From Thermoproteota archaeon (GTDB taxonomy: Archaea; Thermoproteota; Thermoprotei; Thermofilales; B9-G17), in the NCBI GenBank assembly GCA_029258885.1, contig JAPDJW010000003.1:98718-162717 (forward strand): a stretch of DNA of 64,000 bases, read 5' to 3'. Position numbers and translations under genes: made by a program. The notes under the pieces were generated by a model. That model saw only the letters and a program-made list of their open reading frames with translations. It was not told the DNA's origin and did no database searches. Below are positions 10,630 through 20,714 of this stretch, piece by piece. Every line of letters begins with the position of its first letter. Within the stretch, counting starts at the first letter, position 1.

Positions 10630-11556
10630 ATGGGGATGAGGGTTATTGAGGTTGAAAATTTAGCTAAAGAGTTCAATGGGAGAACAGTGCTACGTGGGAT
10701 AACTTTCCACGTTAGGAGGGGTGAGGTCTTTGGTCTACTTGGACCTAATGGTTCGGGTAAAACAACGACGATGAGGATAATTCTTGGATTGCTTAAGCCG
10801 ACTTCGGGGAAGGTACGTGTTCTCGGCGGTTCGCTGGCGGACGACGCCAAGCTTAGGAGTAGAGTCGGCGTAGTGTTGGAGGGTGATGGCTTGTTTACTA
10901 GACTTTCAGCCTATGAAAATCTCGACTTTTACGCTAGAATCTACGGGTTAAGGGACGGTGTGGAGAGAAGAGAGAGGATTAGGGAGCTACTGGAGCTCGT
11001 AGGCTTATATGATGTGAGAAATATGAAGGTGGGTTATTTTTCCAAGGGTATGAGGAGGAGGCTTGCGCTAGCTAGAGCACTAATTCACTATCCTGAAGTA
11101 TTGCTTCTCGATGAGCCGACTTCTGGTTTAGACCCTGAGGCGAAGGCTATGGTAAGGGATCTGGTGATCAAGCTCTCTAGGGGTGATGGAGTAACAGTTC
11201 TCTATACATCCCATGACCTGAATGAGGTTGAAAAAGTATGCTCTAGGATAGCAGTGCTAGTGAAAGGTAGGATAATAGTTCAAGGTGTGCTTAACGACCT
11301 ACTTGAGGAATGTAGCGGACAGGTAATGGAGGTATGTTTCACTAGTAGTGATGATGCGTCTAAAGCTTTCGAGTACTTGAGGATGTTGGACTATGTACCA
11401 GAATGCAGGATGTATGGGAAAACTGTGCATCTGGTAACACTTGGCAATACACGCAGGCTTCTAAGAGACCTTGTGGAAATGAACCTTGGAGTTGAGGAGG
11501 TAAGGAGGGTAAGGAGGACTCTCGAGGAGATATATCTAGAGCTTGTTAGGAGGTGA
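10630..11556 (+). CDS. ABC exporter ATP-binding protein (DrrA-like)
   Basis: Walker A GPNGSGKT, FSKGM signature, LLLDEPT. Confidence 0.95.
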   Translation: MGMRVIEVENLAKEFNGRTVLRGITFHVRRGEVFGLLGPNGSGKTTTMRIILGLLKPTSGKVRVLGGSLADDAKLRSRVGVVLEGDGLFTRLSAYENLDFYARIYGLRDGVERRERIRELLELVGLYDVRNMKVGYFSKGMRRRLALARALIHYPEVLLLDEPTSGLDPEAKAMVRDLVIKLSRGDGVTVLYTSHDLNEVEKVCSRIAVLVKGRIIVQGVLNDLLEECSGQVMEVCFTSSDDASKAFEYLRMLDYVPECRMYGKTVHLVTLGNTRRLLRDLVEMNLGVEEVRRVRRTLEEIYLELVRR

Positions 11557-12227
11557 ACTCAAATATGATAGGAGTTATTGTATGGAAAGAGCTTAAGGAG
11601 AGTACGAGGGACAGAAACCTACTATCCAGTATAGTGGGCGTAGCAATACTATTAATGCTTTTAAATTTATCGTCGAGATTCCCAACCGTCAGTGTGGAGT
11701 TTCTTGTACTCTATATGGCGCCGTGTATAGGCGTTTTCATAGGATTTAGTATGAGCAGTAGATTTGTAAGGGAGAAGCGGGAGGGAACTATAGAGACTAT
11801 GCTCTGTACTCCGCTGACGCTGAAAGAACTATGGCTTGGTAAAGTAATTGGACTAGCATTACCATCATATGCCGTTACCTTAACCTCAATGCTTATTCTA
11901 GCATATTTTAAAGGCTATATCATGAAGGAGGCTATAACGATATATTTAACGCTGGCAGTGCCCATCCTCATAGCATCGGTTATTGGTTTACTCGGATTCC
12001 TCTATTACGTCCTAGGTATGAGGCAAATACAAGCACTTAACTACCTAGTATTCCTTACATTATTCACATTATTCTTCGCATTAACTAGGAGCTTAACGAG
12101 AGGGGTCATCACTATAACGTGGGAGATTATAGGAGCTGTGCTGGCCTTCTCAGCAATGATTCTGTACATAGTAGCCTATCTGATAACTCGCCTAGACAAG
12201 GAGAGGATAGTAACCACACTAGACTAA
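11553..12227 (+). CDS. ABC-2 type permease
   Basis: EKREGTIETMLCTP motif, about 6 TM, GTGA overlap with ATPase. Confidence 0.9.
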   Translation: MNSNMIGVIVWKELKESTRDRNLLSSIVGVAILLMLLNLSSRFPTVSVEFLVLYMAPCIGVFIGFSMSSRFVREKREGTIETMLCTPLTLKELWLGKVIGLALPSYAVTLTSMLILAYFKGYIMKEAITIYLTLAVPILIASVIGLLGFLYYVLGMRQIQALNYLVFLTLFTLFFALTRSLTRGVITITWEIIGAVLAFSAMILYIVAYLITRLDKERIVTTLD

Positions 12228-12831
12228 AATTTATATTTAAGTTTTCAATAAACTGAATCCGAATGATGAAGTATCAAAATATTAGGTTTATTATAAATTT
12301 TTGTTCTTGACTTTAGGCTGAATAATTTTTAGGCAATTTTATTGTTCTATGCCTAAGCCTAACGTAAAGCCCAAATAACCGTCACAGCCTTAGTGAGCAA
12401 GACTCACCTAAAGTAGCTACAAGAGCGTAAATTTTAGCTTTAAATAATCAATATAGTATATCTCACTATGCGAGTGAGGACATAGTAGATATTTAAAATA
12501 AGTTTTAGCTTGAGGCTAAAAGATACGTTGATTTGACAGATTAGCATATAGCCTTATTCAGTAAGAAAGGAGGTTTTTCATAGAAAACCTAGACAAAATA
12601 CTGTTAAGCATGTTAAACTTTCTCTGGATCCAGTAAAGGCACGTTAATTCTAACAATATCCGTTTCAGTGGTTTTACCTGAGCATACTAATTAAGCTTAG
12701 GTCTATATATCTCCGTAAAACCTTAACATTTCTGATTCTGCTTTTTATGGGAGAGTTAGGGTGATATAAATTATATTGAGTGGTTATATATAATACATGT
12801 ATCTATTATTTGACACTAGTGGTGTATCTCT

Positions 12832-13989
12832 GTGGAGGCCGGAAGAAGGTATCACTTTTATATATGCGGTAGCCCAGGTGCATGGGATGAGTATAATCCC
12901 TTCTATGTAATAAGTCAAAAGAACGTTTCTAAAGTTCTTAACCTCATTATCGAAGCGCCCCTTAAATTTAATCAAATAGTTGAGAAAACAGGTCTGAGCG
13001 AAAGCAATGTCTTTGATGCTATCGAAAAACTTAGGAAAATAGATGCTGTCAAAATATTGGGTAATGTCGTAATGCCTAATTTCGTAGTTCTCTTTAAGAA
13101 AGATATTTTCATGATTAAAGAGGCTACTAAGAGCCATGCACTAAAGCTTGCAGAAAGGATCATAGAGATTTGGGATACTATTAAAGATAAGTTGCTGAAA
13201 GTTAAGTGCACTGAAATTGTTGGATTAAGAAAAGTTGCCTTCGCAGTTATAGGAGCTTATGCTTTAGATTTAACTGGGGTCCAAATTCTTCTAGAGGAAG
13301 ACTTGGCGGTGTGTGGTGAGAAAAAGCCTGGTGATAGATATTATACTCTCTATGCGAGGGAGAGCTTTAGAAATTACAAGAAACTCATAGATAGCATATT
13401 CTGGGGGTGTCATAGAGCAGTGGATAATGAATTAGGTTTTTACAGTTTTGGGGACCATTCGGGAACAAGATTTGCAATTCCTGATAGAAGCTTAAAGGAC
13501 GAGCTTAAGGTGGATGTCGAGGAGAAGATACTCAGGTTAATTGCTTACAATTTAATGCTTAAGTCGATTAAGGGTGAACTAAGCATAGACGCTGATGATG
13601 GATTCGGAGGCAGGTTAATTGAAATCCTAGTAGATATGAGCTACTTGAAGGTTGAAGGTGAAAAGTTAAGACTAAATTATCCTCTCTTTCTTGAAGAAGA
13701 TGGGGATCTCATTGAATCAGTAGTAGATACACTTAAGCCAGCTATAAGAAAAACAGCCATTGAAGGCTACAGGTTAATGGAAAAAGAGCTGGCCGATATA
13801 ACGCCGTTAAAGAGAGGATATAGTCTGAAAACGATATACAATGAGGTTTGGCACTGGATATTCGGCCGTGCGAATAAGATTCTAGCTAAAAAGGGGTACT
13901 TATACTATCCGCCTAAAAAACGACCTCAGGAGGGTAGATATATGCCATGGATTCAAAAATTTAAAGGATCGGATAGGCATAAATTGTAA
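12832..13989 (+). CDS. Hypothetical protein with N-terminal wHTH
   Basis: 385-aa ORF; PLKFNQIVEKTGLSESNVFDAIEKLRKIDAV. Confidence 0.6.
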   Translation: MEAGRRYHFYICGSPGAWDEYNPFYVISQKNVSKVLNLIIEAPLKFNQIVEKTGLSESNVFDAIEKLRKIDAVKILGNVVMPNFVVLFKKDIFMIKEATKSHALKLAERIIEIWDTIKDKLLKVKCTEIVGLRKVAFAVIGAYALDLTGVQILLEEDLAVCGEKKPGDRYYTLYARESFRNYKKLIDSIFWGCHRAVDNELGFYSFGDHSGTRFAIPDRSLKDELKVDVEEKILRLIAYNLMLKSIKGELSIDADDGFGGRLIEILVDMSYLKVEGEKLRLNYPLFLEEDGDLIESVVDTLKPAIRKTAIEGYRLMEKELADITPLKRGYSLKTIYNEVWHWIFGRANKILAKKGYLYYPPKKRPQEGRYMPWIQKFKGSDRHKL

Positions 13990-14131
13990 CAATTTTATGT
14001 GGATAACAATTTATCTTTCTATATCGATATAATAATACGGTGGTTGAACTTGGTTAGATATCCTAGGAGAGTAGGACATATTTTTATTAGAAGACGTAGA
14101 GTAGGCCACATATGGCTTCGTGGTGTACCAT

Positions 14132-14557
14132 ATGGCCGTAAGGGTGAGGCTAAAGATAAATGCAGGAGATAAGGTATTGTTAACTTCGGCACTTGTAAAC
14201 AGTGGCTTTGAGACGGAGAAGCCTCAGTTAATGGTTCCAGTTAAACTCGCTAAAGAGCTCGGACTATGGCCACCTCCACCAGATGCTACTTTAGTTGAAT
14301 TGGGTACGGCCGGTGGACCTGTCAGAAAGTACCTGGTTAGGGATATTCTTAAAGTCTATGCTGTTGAAGATGATAGAACAGTTGGACCCGTTGAGTGTGA
14401 CGCTATAATTTCTCCAATAGAGGAGGAGGTTCTTATAAATGATAAATTAGGAGGGGCATTAGGCATCGTTATACTAGATTTAGCGGAAGGATTATGGAGA
14501 TTTAAGGACGAGAAAGATATTGAAAGGAGAAGCTATCCTCCACGCTACTGGAGTTAA
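14132..14557 (+). CDS. Retropepsin-like (clan AA aspartic protease fold) protein
   Basis: ALVNSGFET (Asn in place of the Asp of DTG/DSG), LGTAGG, EEVLINDKLGGALGIVILD. Confidence 0.6.
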   Translation: MAVRVRLKINAGDKVLLTSALVNSGFETEKPQLMVPVKLAKELGLWPPPPDATLVELGTAGGPVRKYLVRDILKVYAVEDDRTVGPVECDAIISPIEEEVLINDKLGGALGIVILDLAEGLWRFKDEKDIERRSYPPRYWS

Positions 14558-14799
14558 ATTAGTTTCGAATATAAATATTATCAAATACTACTATAATGAA
14601 ATATAGTTGTTTGGTGGCTTCTTAGGTATGTGGATAAGTGTTCCTTTTATTCCTCCATAGGTCTTTTATTATCAAAGGCTTCCCAAAATATAGGGTCTAA
14701 TGCCTTGGAAACATTTCATAAATAATATGATAGCTAAAGCTGTTGTGATGGACGAATAGTACATAAGGCTTATAAAAAATGGAAGCTTACACTTAAGCG

Positions 14800-16062
14800 A
14801 TGCATAGAACTGTTTTAATAACTCTAGGAATAATAGCTATTATAGCCGGAGGAGTATTAATATACGTATTTTGGACATGGACGAGAAGCAGTCCCTTATG
14901 GCAGATAACCGAGGAACCAAACACCTATATTATTAAGATACCCTCGATAAGCGATTTTGTGCCTATAGGTGTAACGTATGAGCTTCACGACGATGGTCTA
15001 TTAACATATACTGATGATCCATGCTGGAAGCAAAGTTGTTTCATATTAGTTGCCATTGGGTGGACGGAAGATGGAAAGCACACATTAATGTATCAGGGCA
15101 GGCTCCCCTTCACGAGCGAAGGATCATTCAGACCCAGAATATGCATCGATGGAAAATACTTAACAAATGTCCCCGTTTTCGGCGGAGGAATGTACTACAG
15201 CCCAAACGGCATACTTGGATGCCCGTATCCTACGGTATACGTTAGGGGATCAGGAGGTTACATTGAAACATTATCCTATGACGTTGAGAACCAGAGGTGG
15301 ATTCACATTATTAAACATGAGGTAGATGAGAGGAAGCCTAAATTAGAGTTCGTTGGAAAAGCGCTGGGTCTGCCTTTCTGGATGGGGCCTATGGAAGGGC
15401 CATACATAGTCCACGGAGCATATTCAAAGGTTAAGGATATAGATATATGGGGAGGCTTCTGGGTCTCCGGAACATTTAAAGCCAATATAACTCTATCCGG
15501 AGGACAGCGGCTGTCATTTCAGGGATTCTTTCTGTTCGATAGGGCTATCCATAGGATATACTATGGTGCCTCTGCATCTGAGGCGGGAACTATACGGGGT
15601 CCTACGGGTGGGGTGTTAGCTTTCTCATGCATGGTAATATTCCATAATGACTTCATCATTATGATATCACATAGTGATAATCCCACACCAGCCGACTTTC
15701 CGAAGTTTCAACATCAAGGCAGGATAAACTTCATATCAGTAGGTGAGTCATACATTTTCAACAATTTCACGCTAATAGATCTAGGACCTAACCCGCTACA
15801 GCCATCAGGCTTCCACCTGCAAGGGACGTTTGAAGGAGGATACGTTGACTTAATGGGTAAGGTATATGCATACTGGCCTCCGAAGGGGTGGGGCGTGATT
15901 AAGGGTACATGGTGGGATTTAGAGGGAAGACACTGCTGGGGCAGAGCATTTGTCAAGTGGAATGGCACTATAAAGCTAGGAGATAAGGTAATTAACGTTA
16001 CTAATGCCGTAGGGATTGGAGAGTTTACAAGATATACATCAGGTTCCTCTCAGCAGGGATAA
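14800..16062 (+). CDS. Membrane-anchored beta-rich hypothetical protein
   Basis: N-terminal TM, Gly/aromatic-rich 420 aa; C-terminus WNGTIKLGDKVINVTNAVGIGEFTR loosely AttH/tocopherol-cyclase-like. Confidence 0.6.
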   Translation: MHRTVLITLGIIAIIAGGVLIYVFWTWTRSSPLWQITEEPNTYIIKIPSISDFVPIGVTYELHDDGLLTYTDDPCWKQSCFILVAIGWTEDGKHTLMYQGRLPFTSEGSFRPRICIDGKYLTNVPVFGGGMYYSPNGILGCPYPTVYVRGSGGYIETLSYDVENQRWIHIIKHEVDERKPKLEFVGKALGLPFWMGPMEGPYIVHGAYSKVKDIDIWGGFWVSGTFKANITLSGGQRLSFQGFFLFDRAIHRIYYGASASEAGTIRGPTGGVLAFSCMVIFHNDFIIMISHSDNPTPADFPKFQHQGRINFISVGESYIFNNFTLIDLGPNPLQPSGFHLQGTFEGGYVDLMGKVYAYWPPKGWGVIKGTWWDLEGRHCWGRAFVKWNGTIKLGDKVINVTNAVGIGEFTRYTSGSSQQG

Positions 16063-16160
16063 TCTTCAACAGAATTTAATTTGTTATTATTTTTTTAAAT
16101 TTTTATATTGTAATAGTTAGCTTTATATATTGCTAGCTCCTTATACCCTTTGCGATCCGT

Positions 16161-16349
16161 ATGAGGAAGGGAAAGTTTGAGGTATATAAGGATAAGAGCG
16201 GGCAGTTCCGCTTTAGACTTGTTGCACCTAATGGAGAAATAATAGCTGTAAGCGAGGCATACACGACTAAACAAAAGTGTCTACAGGGAATAGAGGCAGT
16301 TAAAAAGTACGCGCCTGAAGCAGAGATAGTAGAGCTTTTCGAGGAGTAA
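16161..16349 (+). CDS. DUF1508 (YegP/HVO_2922-like) protein
   Basis: GKFEVYKDKSGQFRFRLVAPNGEIIAVSEAY. Confidence 0.9.
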   Translation: MRKGKFEVYKDKSGQFRFRLVAPNGEIIAVSEAYTTKQKCLQGIEAVKKYAPEAEIVELFEE

Positions 16350-16702
16350 ATGTATTCCTTTCTATATTTTTATGCTCTTGTTTTTCAGGTTAAGTGGTTC
16401 ATTGCGTATTGATGTAGGACGTGATTGATTTAGAACTTGCATATTGGATTGTTTATATATTTACCTGGTGGTTGCCCCCTCCTAAATCATGCAAAAGGTT
16501 CAAGAGCGTTTTAAATAATTTCATTAGGCTGAACCATACTATTCGTCAAGATTTCCGTCGATGCTATTAAAACTTCCAGTATCTTCTGTGGTCCATTTAA
16601 AGTAATTTAAGCTTATTAAGTAATTCACGTCTTAAGTTAGGGTGAGGAGTATGCATAAACAAAGAATGTGGTTTTCCAAGCCCTACCCCTACATATGCTC
16701 TG

Positions 16703-16744
16703 TTCTTCATCGACGTTCTTAATAGCAACGTTTTTCTTACTCAT
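16703..16744 (-). pseudogene. Possible N-terminal remnant of an RHH antitoxin
   Basis: MSKKNVAIKNVDEE followed by unrelated sequence. Confidence 0.35.
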
Positions 16745-16857
16745 GGTAAATAAATTTAGCTTAAGGTAATAAGTTTACTGAAGTATAGTTATTGAAAATA
16801 AAGCATCAAGTTTCTCGACCTTTAATTTTATAATAGTAATTTTACATATTGTTATTG

Positions 16858-17826
16858 ATGGAAATTGACATATCGTTATATCCAGATAAAGACGTATACT
16901 ATCCTGGAGAAGATATAGAAGCAGTTTTCAGCGTTCGAGGATTATCTGGGGAAAATGTGGAGGCTATTGAAGTGGGTTTTATTGGAAGGGAGATTATAAA
17001 GATCGGTGAAACTATTGGAAGAAGTAGACTAACCGACGAGAGGAGGAATACCATAGCAAACTATAGATACGCTCACAGACCACAGCACATCGATGAGCTG
17101 GAGCGTAGATACAGGTTTACGATACCTGAGAACTCCCCGCCATCAATCCACCTAGCCAGCTCCGCCTTTCTAAGCTCCAGCTCCATTAAGGTAGATTATG
17201 AGCTCTACGTGGATATTAGGAGGCGTCTAAGGCCAGATTACCGTAAATCTAAGAATATAATAGTCGGTCTTAAGCCTCAATTTAAGGATTATGGAGGCCA
17301 GCCGCCATCTTTAAAGTTTAATGGCGAGAACATAGACTTCTATATGGAGCTTAGCAGAGAAACCGTATATCCGGGGGATAACGTAAGGCTATTTCTGAAA
17401 TCCAGAAGACTCCTTAAAGTTAGGAAGATTAGGGTTGGAATAAGGAGCTATGCATGGGGGCTATGCGAGAAATACGGGGTAAAAATGCCGGTTTTCTCCT
17501 ATCCCCTCCTGGAGTTGAGGCCAAGCGATATACCTCAATATGGAAGAGATCTCGATATAACGATACCCGATGGGGTCCCGCCCACCTATAAAAGTAGATA
17601 CTGGTGGACTTGGACGGAAATAGTCTTTGAGTTCCGAGGCATCGTAAGGGAAATTCTGAAGTTGAGTAGGGAGATTCCGGTGAACTATAAGTATTTGAGG
17701 CCTAGGAAAATAATGCGCTATATCACGTGCCCATGGTGTAGTAGAAGTGTTCCTGAAGATAGCCTAAGGTGTCCATTCTGTAACTATAATTTAGCGGGAA
17801 TCCGTAGGCGTAAGGTCCAGAGCTAG
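16858..17826 (+). CDS. Arrestin-fold (SpoOM/arrestin N+C-like) protein with C-terminal zinc ribbon
   Basis: Two repeats YYPGEDI..FTIPENSPPS..VDYEL and VYPGDNV..ITIPDGVPPTY; CPWC...CPFC. Confidence 0.65.
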   Translation: MEIDISLYPDKDVYYPGEDIEAVFSVRGLSGENVEAIEVGFIGREIIKIGETIGRSRLTDERRNTIANYRYAHRPQHIDELERRYRFTIPENSPPSIHLASSAFLSSSSIKVDYELYVDIRRRLRPDYRKSKNIIVGLKPQFKDYGGQPPSLKFNGENIDFYMELSRETVYPGDNVRLFLKSRRLLKVRKIRVGIRSYAWGLCEKYGVKMPVFSYPLLELRPSDIPQYGRDLDITIPDGVPPTYKSRYWWTWTEIVFEFRGIVREILKLSREIPVNYKYLRPRKIMRYITCPWCSRSVPEDSLRCPFCNYNLAGIRRRKVQS

Positions 17827-17915
17827 TTGCTTGATAGGAGGTTGTTATGGAAACCTATATTTATTGTAGCGGCGAATGTAACTTGAGGTGGAATGAGTAG
17901 GGTTAAAAAAATAGA

Positions 17916-18659
17916 TTGATACTGCAGCTAAAACTGATTTCAGGTTATATGAGTGAACTAGAGCGTAAGGAAAGCTATAGGGGAATTGAGAGGCTTGTAC
18001 AGCTTATAATACAATCTATACTTGACTTAGGTCTAATGATTCTTTCCATAGTTGGATGTGAAACGGATATAGTCTATAAGGATATAGGGAGGAAGCTTAG
18101 GGAGAGAGGTTTTATTGACAAGGAGGATGAATCCTTTCTCATCGATGCGGCCGGGATGAGAAATGTACTGGTTCATGGATACTTTAGGATAGATAGGGAC
18201 ATTATTTTAAATACCGCCAGAAGGGAGCTTCCAAAGTTCGTTCCTAGGTTCATAGAGAAGATTAAGCCTAAAATAGATAGCTTAAGTGTAGAATCTAGGG
18301 AATATGCCGTCCTCGGGAGTATCTTTAGAAGGAATGGGGTTAAGCTAGCATTCCTATTCGGCGGGAGAGCATTGGGATATAAAATTAGGGGAGGTTATGA
18401 TTTCGCAATATACTATGAAAGGAAATATAGCTTTAGGGATGTAGGTAGAATAGCCGTAGAAATATCCGATAAAATGAATGTTCCACTTGAGAAAATCGAT
18501 ATACTTGTCCTTGATAACGCGGATCCCGAGACGGCATTAAAGGCAGCCATGGGTATTCCAATATATTGGGATGACGAATACGAGCTATTCGAATACAGGT
18601 ATAGATGCCTGAGAGAGGCGCTGGATCTAAGAGTAAGCAGGAGCTTAATTAACACCTAG
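17916..18659 (+). CDS. HEPN (DUF86) - minimal nucleotidyltransferase fusion, probably degenerate
   Basis: RNVLVHGY (Rx4HxY); LFGGRALG...GYDFA (degenerate GS/DxD). Confidence 0.8.
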   Translation: MILQLKLISGYMSELERKESYRGIERLVQLIIQSILDLGLMILSIVGCETDIVYKDIGRKLRERGFIDKEDESFLIDAAGMRNVLVHGYFRIDRDIILNTARRELPKFVPRFIEKIKPKIDSLSVESREYAVLGSIFRRNGVKLAFLFGGRALGYKIRGGYDFAIYYERKYSFRDVGRIAVEISDKMNVPLEKIDILVLDNADPETALKAAMGIPIYWDDEYELFEYRYRCLREALDLRVSRSLINT

Positions 18660-18695
18660 TTTCCTTCTATACTTACTTCAACGGTTTTCGCTAAC

Positions 18696-19169
18696 CTACC
18701 GTATCGTTGACGATACTATTTCCATAACGAATTTCCTAGCTTTCTCCAAGTCTTCCTCGCTAGGTCTACCCTTACATATTCCACCCACTAGCTTGAGAGG
18801 CCCAGGATTCGAGAAGCCTCTACACCCGAACACTCCAACTATTTTAGCATTCTTTTTCCTAAGCTTTCTCTTAAGAGCTTCATCACACCCGTTTAGAATG
18901 GGGATTTTTGGTGCTCCACTGGTATAGAATATGAAGACGGGCTTACCCTTCAGCTCAATTTTATCTAGGAGACTGAATATGGACCTATGGTGTCTCCCAT
19001 AGTAGATTCCGGAGCCAAAGCCGATTATATCGTATCTTCTAATCAGATCCTGATCGACGTCAAACGGTTTAAGTATCTCTGCGTCAACAGCCTCGGTCGT
19101 GCCTTCGGCAACTTTAAGGGTATTACCGTGGTGAATGGATATACAGACTAGAAGCACCTTAGCCATGAT
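18696..19169 (-). CDS. Flavodoxin-family protein
   Basis: SIHHGNTLKVA, IGFGSGIYYG, GRPSEEDLEKA; start at internal ATG is approximate. Confidence 0.85.
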   Translation of the reverse strand: MMAKVLLVCISIHHGNTLKVAEGTTEAVDAEILKPFDVDQDLIRRYDIIGFGSGIYYGRHHRSIFSLLDKIELKGKPVFIFYTSGAPKIPILNGCDEALKRKLRKKNAKIVGVFGCRGFSNPGPLKLVGGICKGRPSEEDLEKARKFVMEIVSSTIR

Positions 19170-19201
19170 TAAGAGTTCACATACTACGGATAAAAGCATT
19201 G

Positions 19202-19429
19202 CTACTTTTCAACTACAATAGACCTCTGCTTTATGTTTATAAATGCCCCCTTCTCGAGGCCGACAATAGCACCACACTTAGGACACTTAACGTCATCGCC
19301 CGTCCTCACGGTGTAATCCTCTATTATCCTCTTCCTCCAGCAGTGCCACAGCCTCCCTTCCCCGACCTTAAGATAAACGAAAAGAAGTGTTCCACACCTA
19401 GCACACCTAATCTTCAATATTTTCGGCAT
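19202..19429 (-). CDS. Small zinc-ribbon protein
   Basis: CARC...CPKC; likely co-transcribed with flavodoxin. Confidence 0.7.
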   Translation of the reverse strand: MPKILKIRCARCGTLLFVYLKVGEGRLWHCWRKRIIEDYTVRTGDDVKCPKCGAIVGLEKGAFINIKQRSIVVEK

Positions 19430-19644
19430 CTCTTATTCTCCCTACTGAATTTTAGATTCATGCTATTTAAACCTAACAGGCAATTCGCACCTAACTACTC
19501 CATTCGATTTCTCCAAAGGAACATACAATAGAGATTTAAGCTAGTCCTCTGAAGATAAGGAGAGGTTACTAAGCTGAGTGGGTCAGCCACTTATATTAAT
19601 GGCTTAATATTAATTATTTCCTAGCGGGGGAGTAGTGGGAAAAT

Positions 19645-20478
19645 ATGGAAGAAAAAGTCGCCTACCTTATGAAGGTAAGGAAGTATTATGCTGAAGAGGG
19701 GATGAGGGAGTGGAGACGATTAGTAAAAGATCCCTATCATAGGCTAGAGTACGATACTACAATGCATTTTCTGGAAAGGTATCTTCCAAGTAAGGGACTT
19801 ATTCTAGATGCTGGCGGTGGGCCAGGCAGATATACGATAGAACTAGCGAGGAGGGGCTATAGGATAGTGCTTCTTGACTTAACTCCTGAGCTACTTAAAA
19901 TAGCTAAGAGACGTATTAGACGAGCAGGAATACAGGCGATGGTAGAGGGGATAGTAGAGGGCACCATAACCAATCTTTCAATCTTTAATGATGAATGTTT
20001 TGATGCCGTATTATGTCTTGGCGGAGTGCTATCTCACCTAGTGAGAAAGAGTGATAGGGTGAAGGCTATAGCTGAGCTATCCAGGGTCGTAAAGAGAGGC
20101 GCTCCCCTATTTATATCGGTAATAGGCAGGCTAGCGGTCCTGATGCGCGGACTAGCAGATTTCCCCGACTTAATATGTGAGGATGTGTTTATCAAAATAA
20201 GGGACAGCGGCGACTACTACGGAAAGAGAGGTTTTGCTCCCTGCCACTTCTATCTGCCGGAGGAACTCATAAAGGAGCTTAAGGATCAAGGGTTAGAATT
20301 ACTTAAAATAGTTGGTCTCGAAGGCATAGCCTCTACGCGTCGAAGGGAGATAAACAGGCTTTATAGAAAAATACCTAAAGCCTATAAAATCTGGTGGAAA
20401 ACCCACCTTAAAACATGTACTCATCCAGGGGCTATTGCAATAAGCGAACATATACTCGCTGTTTGTACTAAACCCTAA
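19645..20478 (+). CDS. Class I SAM-dependent methyltransferase
   Basis: ILDAGGGPGRY, FDAVLCLGGVLSH. Confidence 0.9.
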   Translation: MEEKVAYLMKVRKYYAEEGMREWRRLVKDPYHRLEYDTTMHFLERYLPSKGLILDAGGGPGRYTIELARRGYRIVLLDLTPELLKIAKRRIRRAGIQAMVEGIVEGTITNLSIFNDECFDAVLCLGGVLSHLVRKSDRVKAIAELSRVVKRGAPLFISVIGRLAVLMRGLADFPDLICEDVFIKIRDSGDYYGKRGFAPCHFYLPEELIKELKDQGLELLKIVGLEGIASTRRREINRLYRKIPKAYKIWWKTHLKTCTHPGAIAISEHILAVCTKP

Positions 20479-20655
20479 AGATATGTTAAATCCTAAAGCT
20501 ATAGCTGATTCTATTCGATAAAGTGAAGATATTAAGGATACATCTGTCCTAGCATTAGAATAAGTGCATGAACTTGTAGGGAGTCTATATTAAAGCTACA
20601 CATAAGTAATGTCTAGATATACAGAGGAAAATCAATGATGTGAATAATTCCAATG

Positions 20656-20699
20656 TCTAACAAAAATGTTAGATTATGGAAACATTTTTTAGTTCCATA
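20656..20699. promoter_or_regulatory. Two inverted repeats upstream of AbiE operon (candidate operators)
   Basis: TCTAACA-N4-TGTTAGA (20656-20673) and TATGGAA-N11-TTCCATA (20675-20699). Confidence 0.45.
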
Positions 20700-20714
20700 G
20701 AAGATTAATTCTCT

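Noticed and set aside
16500-16512. 10-bp match to the IS left end (also about 9 bp near 12420)
   Set aside because: Too short to distinguish from chance and no paired end found
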